Positions 1-13,357 of a stretch of DNA of 64,000 bases are shown here, piece after piece (within the stretch, counting starts at the first letter, position 1; the number at the start of each line of letters is the position of its first letter). The position numbers and the translations under genes were made by a program. Origin of the DNA: Podarcis vaucheri (lineage: Eukaryota). The DNA lies in assembly GCA_965113315.1 (NCBI GenBank), contig OZ220365.1. One strand, written 5' to 3'. The notes beneath the pieces are model-generated. The model was not told where the DNA came from. It saw only the letters and a list, made by a program, of their open reading frames with translations, and searched no databases.

Positions 1-733
1 TTCCTCTTCCTGACCCTGACTTCTTGCAAATGCAGGATTTGTGATGTGACACTACAAATCCTCCAATGGGGGGGGGGAGACTATGTGCGATGACGGCCTT
101 ACATTTTTATGGCTACAGGAAGAAACAACTAGGTCACACCTCAGGCAAAGCCTTTTTAAACAAAAAAGGTAAACACCAGGTGCGTAGACACCATTATGCT
201 AGGTGCTTGCGGAATTTTAGATGTCAGTTGATTCCAAAGGGCTCACACTGCAACACGAAAAGCATAATTGATTACCAAATATGTTCAGGAGGAAGTGTAA
301 CTGGAGCCCTTGCGCCTTCAGCAGTTTTCTGCAGGGTTTATGCACCTTCAGCAGGGTTTATGCTCCCTGACACATTCCAGTACTTGCTTTCTGAAGCAGT
401 TCAATAATGTCATTCTTATACTATACTTAATATTTATAGCTCTTTTTTCTATTAAAACAATGCTTAAGAGCAGATTGCAATACAAAACAAGGAAGATGCA
501 ATGTGAAACAATACAATGCAAAATATAAAATACTAAAAATGATTCCACATTTTGGCATCATAGCTGTTGTCTTTTTGTGTGTGTTCCTTAACATCTCATT
601 ATGCTGACGGAATGGTTTTTCCTTCTAAGGTTATCAGCATCCAAGATGTCAAGGTCTCACATGACTGTCACTGGGAATCAGCAAAAAGCTCCAAGCAGCT
701 TACACAAAACTGGCACGGGGTTGCGTCTTCTCT

Positions 734-748
734 CTTCTTCTTCTTCTT

Positions 749-778
<30 letters not shown>
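734..778. repeat. (TTC)n microsatellite
   Basis: Direct. Confidence 0.97.
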
Positions 779-779
<1 letters not shown>

Positions 780-2780
780 TCCCACCTTTTCCCACACAAA
801 GTGACTTATACAAATTAAAACAACACACATGAAATACAGAAATCTAACATGTTAAGGATAAAACTTAATTGAACTATAATAGAATTAAAACAATATGACA
901 ACAAATTATTAAAATACAGATAGTAAAAATAGCACAGCACTGTTAAAAGCCCTTTCCTTAAAATACCCCGGACACTTCCCCAAACCTTCAGTCGACTTAC
1001 CAGTAAGTTAGCCATGCCTATTGATTTCAGTGCACCTAACTCAGGGTGTGATTTAGTTGGATACAAACCTGGGATAATATAAAGAAGGCCTCTTAGAACT
1101 ACAGATAGTAAAAATCAAAAGTACAAAGTCACTATAACTAAGAGTTTACTTTTCCACCCTCCTCCTGTGCAATCATTTTCTTTTTGTGAGGGAGGAGACT
1201 GTCTTTATAATGTGGTTTGGTGACCTTTTTCAAATATGAAAAATAGAATAAATAAATAAATAGGTTTTGGTACCTTTTTTTGAAGAGCACAAACAAGATT
1301 TTCCTCCATAACAATGGTAATTCCCTTCTATTACATTAGTGTGGAATTATTATTATTATTTTGATACACATATGGAATCAGAGCAAGGAGAGTCCTAAGG
1401 GAAGACTCACTCCTATTCAATCATTATCACTGTTTTCTTTACAAATCCTAAAGGCGAAAAAGGTGCGTTGTCCCTGAAATGCCACAAAGCCCATGCCGTG
1501 TTACTTCCTTCCCAGCTAGAAGTGATGTTTAAAGGAAGCAGAAAACCATATATATCACATAGAGAAATCTGCAATCTGGCCAAGGCGGTAGCAGAGAGGA
1601 GAGAAAAAGATCTATAGTTGATCGCATTTGCCAGCACAGAGGAGAGATAGTGCCTCCTATTTGTGTCATCAGTAAGCTTTCATGTGCAGTGGACCAATGA
1701 ATGGAGAGCAGTGCCACAAACCCATCCGCCTCAGACACACCACTGATGTTTATCAAAGTCTTAGCCTTTTCCAAGCACGGGTAATGAGACAGAGCAAAAT
1801 AGTTCAGGCTGAAATGTTCTCTAGGACTAGCATTTGTTTAAACACACCCTTCCTCTCACACACGTCACCAAATAAAAGAGGACCAAAAGTGATACCGATT
1901 TGCATAACATTTGCATGTGCAATTTCCATGTCTAAAATGCACACTTAGAAATAATTGCTAACTATTATTTCTATCATACAATATCTCTCGCTATACTGTG
2001 AAAGGTTGCTGGTCTTTGTAGCTGTTCAGTCAACTGAGCTACTTGTGATGGGCAATCTCAAGGTCCCTGAGATTCACACTTTCCATAGCTCTCTACTTTT
2101 AAGTAGAATCGTAGAATTGTAGGGTTGGAAAGGATACCAATGGTCATTTAGTCCAACCCCCCCTGCTAAAGCATCCATGACAGATGCAGTCATCAAATAG
2201 AGGACTGTCCTCTGTAAAGGAAGATGCATGGTCCCTCAAAGTGTGTGTGGATATGTGCAACCACATACGTATGGGTGGATAACGAAAACTTGCAACTGCT
2301 CGGTGAGAGGCTAGATTTAATGAAGCACAGCTTGCTCATTAATAGGCTGGTGAACGTCTCGTCAAAGGCAGACCTGGCCTATAATTTTGCTGCCTGAGGT
2401 TGAGCAACAAATGGCCCCTCTGCATGTCAATATACAGAGGTCTATATCCATCACTGCCGATCCATTCACACAACAGCTTCCTCTCCTTTCCCTGCAGCCC
2501 AATTGCATCATCAAAATTGGCTCCACAGAGTGGAGGGACACAGTGGAGCAGATTGGGGGCCTGTGGAGGAGAGAAGAGGAAAAGGAAGTCCCACTGCATG
2601 AGTGGAGCTCCTCTTGTGCAGTGTAGGATACAACCCATCATTCCCAAAGCCTTAGGCAGGTGCCTCATCTACCTGGTGGTAGGGCCAGTCTTGTAATGGG
2701 CTTCCCTCCACCCCGCTCCTGAATATATTTACAACTGCAGTTAGCTCACTCATGAAGACTGCAATAGCAAGTGGTGAACT

Positions 2781-2892
2781 TGTTTAGGGGAAGTTTTTAA
2801 TTTCTGATGTTTTATTGTGCTTTTAATATTCTGTTGGGAGCCACCCAGAGTGGTTGGGGAAACCCAGGCAGATGGGTGGGGTATAATAATAA

Positions 2893-2936
<44 letters not shown>
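2781..2936 (+). mobile_element. L2 3' end fragment with (ATT)n tail
   Basis: Matches the 3' end of the 17760-19157 copy (ggaagtttttaat...cccagagtggttggggaaa...gatggg). Confidence 0.85.
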
Positions 2937-3387
2937 TGCTGCTACTACTACTACATGGATCTACAAGCCACCCAGGGTCAAACACCACAGCTGGAACTTC
3001 TTTGTGACATCACATAGAGGCCTTGTTAACAGAGTCTGTCCATACATTCAGCTTTCTGTTATCAACTGAGTAACCAACTTATGAAAACTCATGTGTGTGA
3101 ACCACATTAAGTGAACCACCACTGAGAAAGCTGACTCCCACATCACTGCGCCATTCCTGGTTGCAGGACAATGGGAACTGTAGTTTTGTTAAGGGTTGTT
3201 GAAAGTTGTTAGGAGGCCCCTATTCCCCTCCCAGAGCTACAGTTTCCAGAGATCCCTGCAAAGAGGGATTGATTGTTAAACCACTCTGGGAATAGGGTTC
3301 TCCTAACAACTCTCAGCACCCTGAAGAAACTGCAGCTCCCAGAATTCTTTGCTGGAATCATGACTGCTTAAGATAGTATCATAGCAC

Positions 3388-4143
3388 TGTTACGTGCCAC
3401 CCCAATCTCTGAGCGGTGTGAGATTCTATGAGTTACAGGCATGTTTACCAGGGTCTGTATTTCCCTTTGGAAAAATGAGGCACAGCGGAGTCTGTGGTGT
3501 CTTCAGATATATGGTGTATTTACACATACATACAACCTGAGCCTAGGATGGAAGGGTGCACAACATTGTACCCCAAAAGGGCCCTTTGCTTCTCCAGTAG
3601 GCGCAACAGGCTTGGGTCTTCAAACAGAGAAATCAGCCACGTTCTCAGTGTCCCTTTGTCCCAGCCAAACCATGTGGTGCTCTGACCTCACTTCCTCCCA
3701 CTTGCCAAACCAACCCGCCCCCCCAACTTACTTCATCCACCCTGAAATCCTAACCTCATTTGGTCCCTGCCCACCAACACACAACCGGAGGAAAGGCTCC
3801 TTGCTCTTCCTCTGGTACCTCTCCGTCTTCTTGATGGCTTCCTTGATGGATTAACAACTGGCCATCACTGGCCTTTGTTCTTCCAATGACTCCCATCCAG
3901 CTAGCTCTGCCAAACTGGCCTGGCTCATTAACATAAACTAAACCCAGGGGTTTCCATGTTTGGCTCAGTGTAATCAAACCTTGATTAATTCTAAATTTTA
4001 CTCATTCCGGGATTTATGGGTGACTTGCAGCCACAGACTCTGGCCCCCAAATTAATCAAACCTTGATGAATTCTAACTTTTACTCATTCTTGGATTGATG
4101 GGTGACTTGCACCCACACACTCTGGATCCCAAAACTTATAACA
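3388..4143. mobile_element. Probable solo LTR (756 bp)
   Basis: TGTTA...TAACA termini; 4-bp TSD GCAC/GTAC; the flanks rejoin into the repeat seen intact at ~28400-28460; internal 82-bp tandem duplication 3971-4134. Confidence 0.7.
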
Positions 4144-6709
4144 GTACTTTAAATATATGGAGCGAATTGAGGCTAAGTAACTCTTTTCTTTCATACACAT
4201 ATATTCAGATAGAGTCTCTTAGGAGGCATAGGAGACCCTGAGTGGCTTTTCTCATGCACTTAATCCCATATGACCAAAAATCAAGGATCTTATGAAGGAA
4301 ATAATACTCAGCTGTGTTGCAATATATTTTAAAATACGGTCTGCTGGTGGTTATACAATCCTGATCCTTTCTGCTTCTTGCAGCTTGCTGATGATGAATG
4401 CCCTACATTCTGAAGCTTCTCAGAGCCCTCGTCCAAAAAACGACTAATGCAATCATCTGTACAAAATGCACCTTTTCATCATCTGGCCGGGAGCCCCAGT
4501 AATTTTTGTCCTGATTCACAATGACAACTCAGAACAAGTGACCCATTTACAGGGGTTTTCTGAGGTTTACTGCCAGCAAGCAGATTGCTCTGGAAAGCAT
4601 ATGTGAACGTGGCGTGATGACATTTTGCTTCGCAACACAGAGGGGGGCTGAACCATCTGAAAGCAGGGCTGTTGAACTCCCTCGTTTCCCTCCACCGCAT
4701 AAAGCAAAGATGGACTCCTTTGAAAGTCTATATTTACTCACAAGAGCAGTGAGTGGAAGAATAGTTCCGTGATTCAAGCAAACTTCTCATTAATATAAAA
4801 GGGCCTGTTTCTTAGATTTCAAACAGTTGCTAGTCTTCAATAGCTTTATGGGAAATGGTTACATTTTTACAGAAATTGTAGCAGGAGCAATGTTCCATCT
4901 GCTTCTTAATGGCTTTGCCTGCCATAATTGATTTTGGGAAAACTCGACTGTACCACCCCACCACCCCATTCCTCCTGGGTGAATTATTTTCAACTTTATC
5001 TTACCTTGCTGGGGGTAGGAAAATAATTGCAGGAAACAGGCAGTGACAGAGGTAGGTGGAAGATGGCAGGAATCTATCTTCTTCAGTATTATATTTTAAG
5101 ACATTTAGCCAATACAGAGGATTGAAGATAAGAGGAAAGAGTTAGGAAACTGAATCGTACTGCAATAATCTTTCCTTCATCACTATTTGATCATGGCTGA
5201 GGAAACTGGTGGACCTTCAGATATTGTGGGACTCCAACTCCCACCAGCCCCAGCCAGCATGGCCAATGGTCAGGGATGATGGGAGCTACAGTCCATCCAT
5301 CAACACCTTCAGGGCCACAGGTTCCCTATTTCTGGCTTTAACCACCTTCCTTGTACTGTCATAAAGGCCTCGAAGAGGCTCCTTTGGTGGCAGAGCATCA
5401 GAGTGGCTCAGAGAGGTGGTCTTTTATATTCCTGCCACCACGGCTACCATCTTTAGGGGCCTGTGATGAGAGCTCTGATGGATCAGGTCCACGGTCCATC
5501 TATTCCAGTCACTGAAAGGACTCTGATACATGACAGAAACTTGAATGAAATTCTTATCCATGAAATATTAAGGTGGCTGGGGTCTTATCAGTACTGTACT
5601 TTATAGTGTACCCAGATGTGATGTACAAGCAAAGGATGCAATCATTTTTTTTAGTTTTTTAAAAGGAAGGACAACAGATCCCGAGGCTGAAGCAAAGACC
5701 CAGGGTTGAGGCCTTGCCTTAATGCCCCTGAAAGTTATGATATAAAGCTGCCAAATAATTAAAACAAGTCACTGCAGCTTGTCTTTGCAAAAGGCCAAAG
5801 TAAACACACCATGAAAAATGTGTTACAAGGAATCCTTAGAGACCCTCTAAGAAACACCTGCCATTAATTTCAATAACTACCCAATTAGGAGTTTTGCAGA
5901 TTGTTCATCAATCAAGCAGAGAAATGGGTCATTTCAAAATAAATGGGCATGCACTAAATTTCAATAGTATTATAATTTATATCTGAGCACTCCTGTGAGT
6001 TACTATTAATTTTAATTTCCTGTTCCTTTGCACTGTCAACAATGAAGTGGAGGGATTTTTTGTCTCTCTAAGACCCCCTTTCATTTTTGAAATGGCTGAA
6101 AACCCAATACTGGGATTATTTTAATTAAAATACAAAATAGATTGGGCATCTGCTGGCCATAGTATGCTCACTATACTTCAAAGTGTCTGGCAACTACAGT
6201 TTGCACTTGTGAGCGTTGATTAAAGCAATGGAAAAGAAGGTGCAATACTCTTGGTCACAGGCTGACACTTTCTCACCTTTTAGGGATGTATTAAGAGGTG
6301 GCTTGCCTGGACTCTGATGAGCCGTATAGTTAAACTTGATAAAAAGCACATTGATGGCTGAAGCTCTGCCTCCACAGTGAGAGCAGAAATACAGCTGCTG
6401 GAAACTGCAAGAAGGAAGAAACTGTTGTCCTTGGGTCCTGGTTGGCCGCTGTGAGAGAGGATGTTGGAGTAGGTGAGCCATTGTCTGATCTAGTAGGTTC
6501 TTATGTTCTTTGGTCTGCATCACTATTTGTTTTTGGTTTTTTTAAAAAAACTATTTATGAGAATGCAAATTTTAAGGGTTCCACGGGCTTACTTAGGACA
6601 CTTCCAGACTGCTGCTACTTTGAGTGGGGTTCAGTCACATCCTGGCAAATTCAGGTTGTGCAATTATCATTGATTGGGAGGTTTATTCAACAAACTCACC
6701 TCCTTAAAG

Positions 6710-6711
<2 letters not shown>

Positions 6712-6755
<44 letters not shown>
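6712..6755. repeat. (TA)n microsatellite
   Basis: Direct. Confidence 0.97.
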
Positions 6756-6757
<2 letters not shown>

Positions 6758-7319
6758 CAATGAGGAAAGTGGCAGGAAAATGCACTTGAAGATTTGGGAA
6801 ATCTCTTGCTTTGATGCCCCGTTATCTAACCTCCCCACAAACAATCAGAATGAATGCTCATTGAATAACCCAAATCAACTGATCTCTCTAAAACAAATGA
6901 GGAGGAATACTCAGTAAACTGGTTACTGAGAAACTACTTACTATTTTTTTAAAAAAGCAACATTTTTTTTAAAAAAAAAGAAATCAAAATGTCTACAGTT
7001 ACATCAGAAATAAATCAATCTGAGAATGCAAACTTGCACTGAAATGCATTTAACATTTTATTTCCCATGTACTCAAATTTGGAGTGATCCCTTCAGAGCT
7101 CTTTGCAAACCCCCCACCCTTTTTTAGTAAAGTTTTTATCACTGTGTAGAATTTAAACCAAATTATATCAGCAAACCCTGCCCTCAGTTGAAAACACAGG
7201 ACAGCAGTCTGAATACCAAACCCAGAGAAGACTCCCCTTGCCACATCTTAAATCACAACGATAATTCCTTCATGTGTGGATTGTCTAAAGAGGATATCAT
7301 ACAATTACTAAGGAGTAAG

Positions 7320-7677
7320 AGTGGCGCTGTGGGCTAAAGCCTCAACGCCTAGGGCTTGCCGATCGAAAGGTCGGCGGTTCGAATCCCTGCGGCGGGGTGC
7401 GCTCCCGCTGTTCGGTCCCAGCGCCTGCCCACCTAGCAGTTCGAAAGCACCCCCGGGTGCAAGTAGATAAATAGGTACCGCTTACCAGCGGGAAGGTAAA
7501 CGGCGTTCCGTGTGCGGCTCTGGCTCGCCAGAGCAGCGATGTCACGCTGGCCACGTGACCCGGAAGTGTCCCCGGACAGCGCTGGCCCCCGGCCAATAAA
7601 TGTGAGATGGGCGCACAAACCCCACAGTCTGTCAAGACTGGCCCGTTCGGGCAGGGGTACCTTTACCTTTACCTTTA
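7320..7677 (+). mobile_element. Sauria SINE
   Basis: gtggcgctgtggg head, B-box ggttcgaatcc, aaataggtaccgct..gggaaggtaaacggcgtt core, (ACCTTT)n tail. Confidence 0.92.
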
Positions 7678-9340
7678 AGAGGAAGGACACGATGCAATTG
7701 CCTGTGCAGATGACTCCAGCCCCTAATAGCCACACATTAACATGGACACCAGCAGTGAAGAACCCTACGAGAGACAACAGGTCTCTTGGGCACTTTGACC
7801 GACAGTGTCCCACCTCCCTGCCCCCCCCCCGGTGGTCTTAAGCAGAGGTCTGACATGTCACCTCCTCCCTAATCATTTTAACTGTGGATGGCAGGGATTG
7901 AACCCTTGGACCTTCTCTGGGCGAACCATATCCTGCTCTAGATTTTACTTCAAACTGAATTCAGTACTAGACAGGTTCCAAAGTCTCAGCTGGAACATCT
8001 CCAGCATAAAGAAGGGTGCAGACTTTTGCGCGCACTTATATTTTATGATTCACTGGATGAGCCATAACATAACCTTTGCTGATTTAAACCAAAATAGACA
8101 GCAAATGACTACAGCATCCCCAGAGGTCTAAAACAGGTCATGCTATTATTATTATCCTTTATTGCAGATTTCAACTTCTACATTTCCAGGAACAAGTCTT
8201 TGGTGTGTTTTTTTGGTTTAAACTAGGGACAGAATCCAGCCCTAAATGTGCAGATAATGACCTGCCACATAAAAATAATCACTTGACTCGTTATGGCTGG
8301 AAATTTCATTTATGTAAAATGAGAAATAATTTAATTAAATCTGAACTGCGAGCCCCATATGTTTAATTGGATCCAAGCTGCATGTCTCTGGGTGGCACTT
8401 CCTAGGGAGCATTTAGAAGAATAATTATTTGGCTGCAATGACATTCTGTGACAATGACCACATTCTTGATTATGGTTATAAATCCAAGGAACATGCTCTC
8501 TCGAGGACAGACACATCAGATCTCAGCACTGGAAATATGTAGTCATTTCAAGAGAGTCCAGGTTTCAAGGTCTGTCTCTCAAATCCACACAAGCAATATT
8601 GTAATGTGGGATTACGCCTTTATTAATCCCACTTGTATACTGGCTTTCATTCAGGATTCGAAGGGTAAAATACATGCAGTTATTTTGTGTTATCCACACA
8701 ACAACCCTGTGATGTAGGTTTGGCCTCATCCAGACTTTCTTCTGTGAGTAAATAAAAAATAAATAAATGGTGAGCCCTAAATTGGACAAAGTCAGTTATG
8801 AAGCTTCGTAGATGAGTTGGGAATAGAAGAATGCCTTAAATAGCACCTCATCCCATATCCTGAAAAGACAGATGTTTGGTGGTATTGCTCAATGATTGAG
8901 CATGTGCTTTCCATGCAGGTCTCAAATTCAATTCCTAGGGTCTCCAGGTAAGGCTGGAGGAGACTCCTTCCTGAAATGCTGGAGAGCTTCTGCTGGTCAG
9001 TGCAGACAGCACTGGGTTTGATGAACCAATGGCATGACTTGGCATAAGGCTAAATGACTAAATGAACAAATGAACGACAGAGAGCCCCTGGTGTGGCAGG
9101 TTTATTATAGCTAATGAATGAATGAATTGGTTGGAGTGGGATCCAGTGTTGCAAAGGTGGACTTGTTCTCATGGAAGAGAACGTCTCCTTCATCTACTTT
9201 CCCCTGCAGCCCCACTCCCCTGGGTGCCTCCAAAATATGTTTTGGAGAGTCCCCCAAAACCCCTTGAGCAGATTTCAAGGGCAGGTGGGGAGGAGAGGAA
9301 GGCGACAACATTGGATACAACACTCGGAAAGACCCTAGAG

Positions 9341-9480
9341 CAGGCTTCCTCAACCTCGGCCCTCCAGATGTTTTGAGACTACAATTCCCAGCATCCATCC
9401 CTGACCACTGGTCCTGCTAGCTAGGGATCATGGGAGTTGTAGACCAAAAACATCTGAAGGGTCGAGGTTGAGGAATCCTG
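9341..9480. mobile_element. hAT MITE (URR1/Charlie-like)
   Basis: Palindromic body; perfect 8-bp TSD CCCTAGAG. Confidence 0.88.
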
Positions 9481-9782
9481 CCCTAGAGCATGTGTTGGGA
9501 ATCTTTGGTCATCAGATGTTGCTGAACTACAACTCCCCTCAGCCCTGGCAAGCATGGCCAATGGCCAGGGATGATGTAAGTTGTATTTCAGCAACATCTG
9601 GTGGGTCAGGGGTTTCCCACTCCTGGGAATAAAACTAAAGAGTGCCTGCCAGTGAGCTGATGTAGACAATACTGAGCGAGATGGACCAATGCTCTGGCTC
9701 AGGTCCATCGAGGGTCCCCTCTATCCAGTCACCACATGGTTTCTCCCAGATGACATGGGAGCCCACAGGAGAACCTCTGGAT

Positions 9783-9920
9783 CAGGGTTTCCCAAACTTG
9801 TGTCTCTAGCTGTTTTTCTGGACTATGGTTCCCATCATTCATGACTACTGGCCCTCCTAGCTAGGGATGATGGGAGTTGTAGTCTGAAAACAGCAAGAGA
9901 AGCAAGTTTGGGAAAACCTG
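9783..9920. mobile_element. hAT MITE (URR1/Charlie-like)
   Basis: Perfect 8-bp TSD CTCTGGAT. Confidence 0.88.
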
Positions 9921-12257
9921 CTCTGGATGATTCAGTGGCTTGGTCAGCTGATCTGTGACCCAAGAACTGGATCTCAAGCCATGTAGACATCTGAATTCCC
10001 TTTCCCTCACATTCATTACAAAAGAGAACTTCATTTTAGTAGTGCCTGAAGACACAATAAATGGAGGGACTGGGATTTAAATGTTTTAAACAACTTTTTA
10101 AAAAAACAATTGTCGCTGTGCATGCAATGAATGTGACCCTGAATGAATGTGAGGGAAAGGAATCCACATGGCAGGGGAGAAATTCTTGGCCAGTTCCAAC
10201 CCCTCTGGCATGTTCTCTCTTCTCAGAACTGCGGGAGCCACCATTTCCACTCCTGGGGCAGGTAGGTGGGGAAGAACTTGGCTGACAGCAGAGTTACACA
10301 ATCATCACCTGCTGCTAGTAAATCTATATCATATTCTCCTGGCCGGTAACATTTGGGGAAAAAACAAACTTCCTGGATAACAATAAAACTGTTTAGGGCA
10401 TCGAAGCCAGGAACCAGTGCTTAAGGAGATGTAAGTTGGAAGGAACTTCAGCAGTGCTGGCTTGCAGTTGAAATGAGATGTGAACATGGTGGCCATGTGT
10501 CCTACTTTACAAAGAGCAGTGCTCTATCTGAAGGTGCTTTCTGCTTGAAGGGCTGTCCAAGTGTGGTTTCAAGATAAAGAAATGTAAGAAGGGACAGCAG
10601 GAGGGGCCTTGAAGTTGTCCGTCAGCAGTTACAACCTGGACAGCAGACTGAGGAGGCATACAGGTGACCACAGGTCAAAGTCTTCCCTGCTACACCAAGC
10701 ATAGGCATATTGTAAGAACCTCAGCTAAAATTATCCTAATTCTGCAGGCTACGGCTAGCTGGAATCAACTCTTTTGTGGCTTCCTCCCCAATAGCATTTT
10801 TTCTGGGCAAGGTGCTCGAAGACACACGTTTTTGAGAACCGCACAAAATCATGGCCCCAAAATCACGCTGAAAAATCACACAAGATTATGGCAACCAACA
10901 TGGCTGCCATTCTCTTCCAATAAAAAATGGAATGTCTTGGTTCTTCCCCTGATCAGCCTTCCTTTTTTTATTTCTCTTCACTGGCCTAGGTTCTTTTAGA
11001 GCAGCCTGAGAGCCTTATCCAAAGGCAAACAATACTGTAAACAAAGAGAGGTAGTGACTGATTTTCAAGGGAGCAGTAAATACTCAGAGTTCAACACCAT
11101 TCAAACAATTATGCTTTTGTCTGCTGTGATGTGAAGCCTTCTCATGTAGAACATATTGTATCACGTGGCCTTGGCTGCTTATTCTTAGCTTCCACGACAT
11201 GGAGATGATGCCTTCAGGGCAGCTCTTTTCAAAAAGAGAAGGTTGGATTTCATATGTAAAACTGTCAATCTGACCTTTGGGCTGTGATAGTGAGCTGTGA
11301 GAAAACAAAACAGGGCCTGTGTCCTGGGATGCATGTGAAAGTCAAAAGTGTATTGCTGGTCGGGGGCATCACAAGGAACATGTCTTGAGGCTACCCAATG
11401 ATCAAGAATTTAGATGGCGGATCGCTGGCATCACGTGCATGTGTATAGGCAGCAGGTTTCCCTGTCTTCCAGCCTGAAGTGAAAGGCCAATGCAAGCACA
11501 AGATATGCCTTGAAGCAGGCACCCTGGGCAACCAAGCTGAAAAAGGACCTGGAAACCAAGCCTTATGAGGATCAGTTGAGGGAGAAGAGTAGACTGAGAG
11601 ATGACATGATAGCCAGGCAAAAATGTTTCTCTACAACCAGGCTTTTGGTTGATTGAACATTCAGCGGCCTTTTAGATGTCTTTGTGGGAGCGGGGTTATT
11701 GGTTCACTTTTCTTGTTTTAGTATGCATTTTGTATTTTTATGTTGTGAAGCATCTTGGGATCTTCAGATACAAATTTAATCAACAACAACAGTCATCTTC
11801 AAATATCTGGAGGTCCTTCACATGGAAGATGGAGCAAGTTTGTTTTCTGCTGCTGTAGAGGGTAGGACTCGACCTAATGGATTGAAATGATGTCCCTGAA
11901 TATCAGTTCCTGAGAACTGAAAGTGGGAAGACTGCTGTTGAATTAAGGTCTTGGTTGCAGGCTTTTTTCTTTTTCTTTTAAGTCTTTATTGAGTCCAAAA
12001 AGAAAACAAACAGTCAACATAAGAATAATACACAAAAGAAATATACAAAAGATAAAATACTTTCTTTCTTTCTTTAATAATAATTTTTATTAAGTTTTCC
12101 ATTTTAACAATCCTCAGATCACATTAAATCACATTAAACATTCCAAATTATACAAATATATATCATAAAGTCCACATATTTTGCCAAATTATAATTTTAT
12201 TGTTGGGGGTTCCCATGCTTCAAGTTCAGTGGGGGCCAATCATCTCATATTTCTACT

Positions 12258-12653
12258 GAGGGGTGCGCACCGACCCCTCTCGCTCTCCAGGCTTCAGGAA
12301 GCTCTGCGCAACCCTCGGGAGACCTGCTCCGAGGGTTGCGCAGAGCTGCCTGCAGTCCCCGGCTCAGCACAGCTCTGCGTGGCCATCGGGAGCAGGGCGC
12401 TAAGTCCCGCCCCGCTCCGGATGGCGGCGCAGAGCTGCCTGCAGTCCCGGGATCAGCGCACTTCTCCCCATCGCCAGCCCTACAAGCTCGGGGGACAGCG
12501 GGGAGGCAGAGCGTGCCTTCCCACTGTTCCCCGACCTGGTTCTTCCAGCCCCGCACCTGGGGGGGAAATATTTTTTTTTTCTTTATCCCCCCCCCCAAAA
12601 AAAAACTAGGTGCGTCCTATGGGCCAGAGCGTCCTATGGGGCGCAAAATACGG
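12258..12653. mobile_element. Tc2-like element, one end missing
   Basis: Ends GCGTCCTATGGGGCGCAAAATACGG|TA; interior shares gacccctctcgctctccaggctt with the 47203 copy. Confidence 0.8.
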
Positions 12654-12687
12654 TACCCAACTTCCTCAACTGTTCTCATAAGGCTTA

Positions 12688-12820
12688 GGACAGCTTAATC
12701 GGTAAAGCAGGAAACTCTTAATATCAGGGTCATGGGTTCAAGCCCACGCTGGACAAAAGTTTCCTGAGTTGCAGGGGGTTTGACTAGATGACTACATGAA
12801 CTCTATGATTCTATGGTTCT
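12688..12820 (+). mobile_element. SINE: tRNA-Lys-like head plus CR1 3' tail
   Basis: actcttaatatcagggtcatgggttcaagcccacg, then ttcctgagttgcagggggtttgactagatgac..ctatgattctatg. Confidence 0.75.
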
Positions 12821-12825
12821 GTCAT

Positions 12826-12975
12826 TGCCCTCCTCTGCACTCATTCCAGCTTGTCAATAAGCTTCTTAAATTGTGGTGTCCTGAACTGGACATAGTACTC
12901 AAGATGCGGTCTGACCAAGACAGAATACAGCAGAACTATTAATTCCCTTGGTTGAGGCACTATACTTCTGTTCAT
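12826..12975 (-). mobile_element. CR1 LINE RT fragment
   Basis: LYSVLVRPHLEYYVQFRTPQFKKLIDKLE matches the CR1 ORF2 LVRPHLEYCVQFW motif. Confidence 0.85.
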
Positions 12976-13128
12976 GCAGCTGCTTCCTTCTTGTAGTTTC
13001 CTGACCTTTAGCAGGCTTCTGTAGCACCACATCAGTTTCCTGAGCACCAGAGTGGTTAATTCCACCCTGCCTATCAAGATTAATATGAGGGGGCTGTTAC
13101 CTTCCTGTGGTCTTTCCATTTCCCACTA

Positions 13129-13357
13129 CAGTGGTACCTCAGGTTACATACGCTTCAGGTTACAGACTCCGCTAACCCAGAAATAGTGCTTCAGGTTAAG
13201 AACTTTGCTTCAGGATGAGAACAGAAATCGTGCTCCAGTGGCACAGCAGCAGCAGCAGCAGGCCCCATAAGCTAAAGTGGTGCTTCAGGTTAAGAACAGT
13301 TTCAGGTTAAGTACGGACCTCTGGAACGAATTAAGTTCTTAACCCGAGGTACCACTG
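13129..13357. mobile_element. Tc1/mariner (pogo/Tigger-like) MITE, CAGTGGTACCTC family
   Basis: TA|CAGTGGTACCTC...GAGGTACCACTG|TA. Confidence 0.9.

Noticed and set aside
567-818. PolyF/polyS ORFs (also polyL/Y/I ORFs at 2807, 18943 and 42552)
   Set aside because: Translations of (TTC)n and (ATT)n microsatellites or LINE tails.
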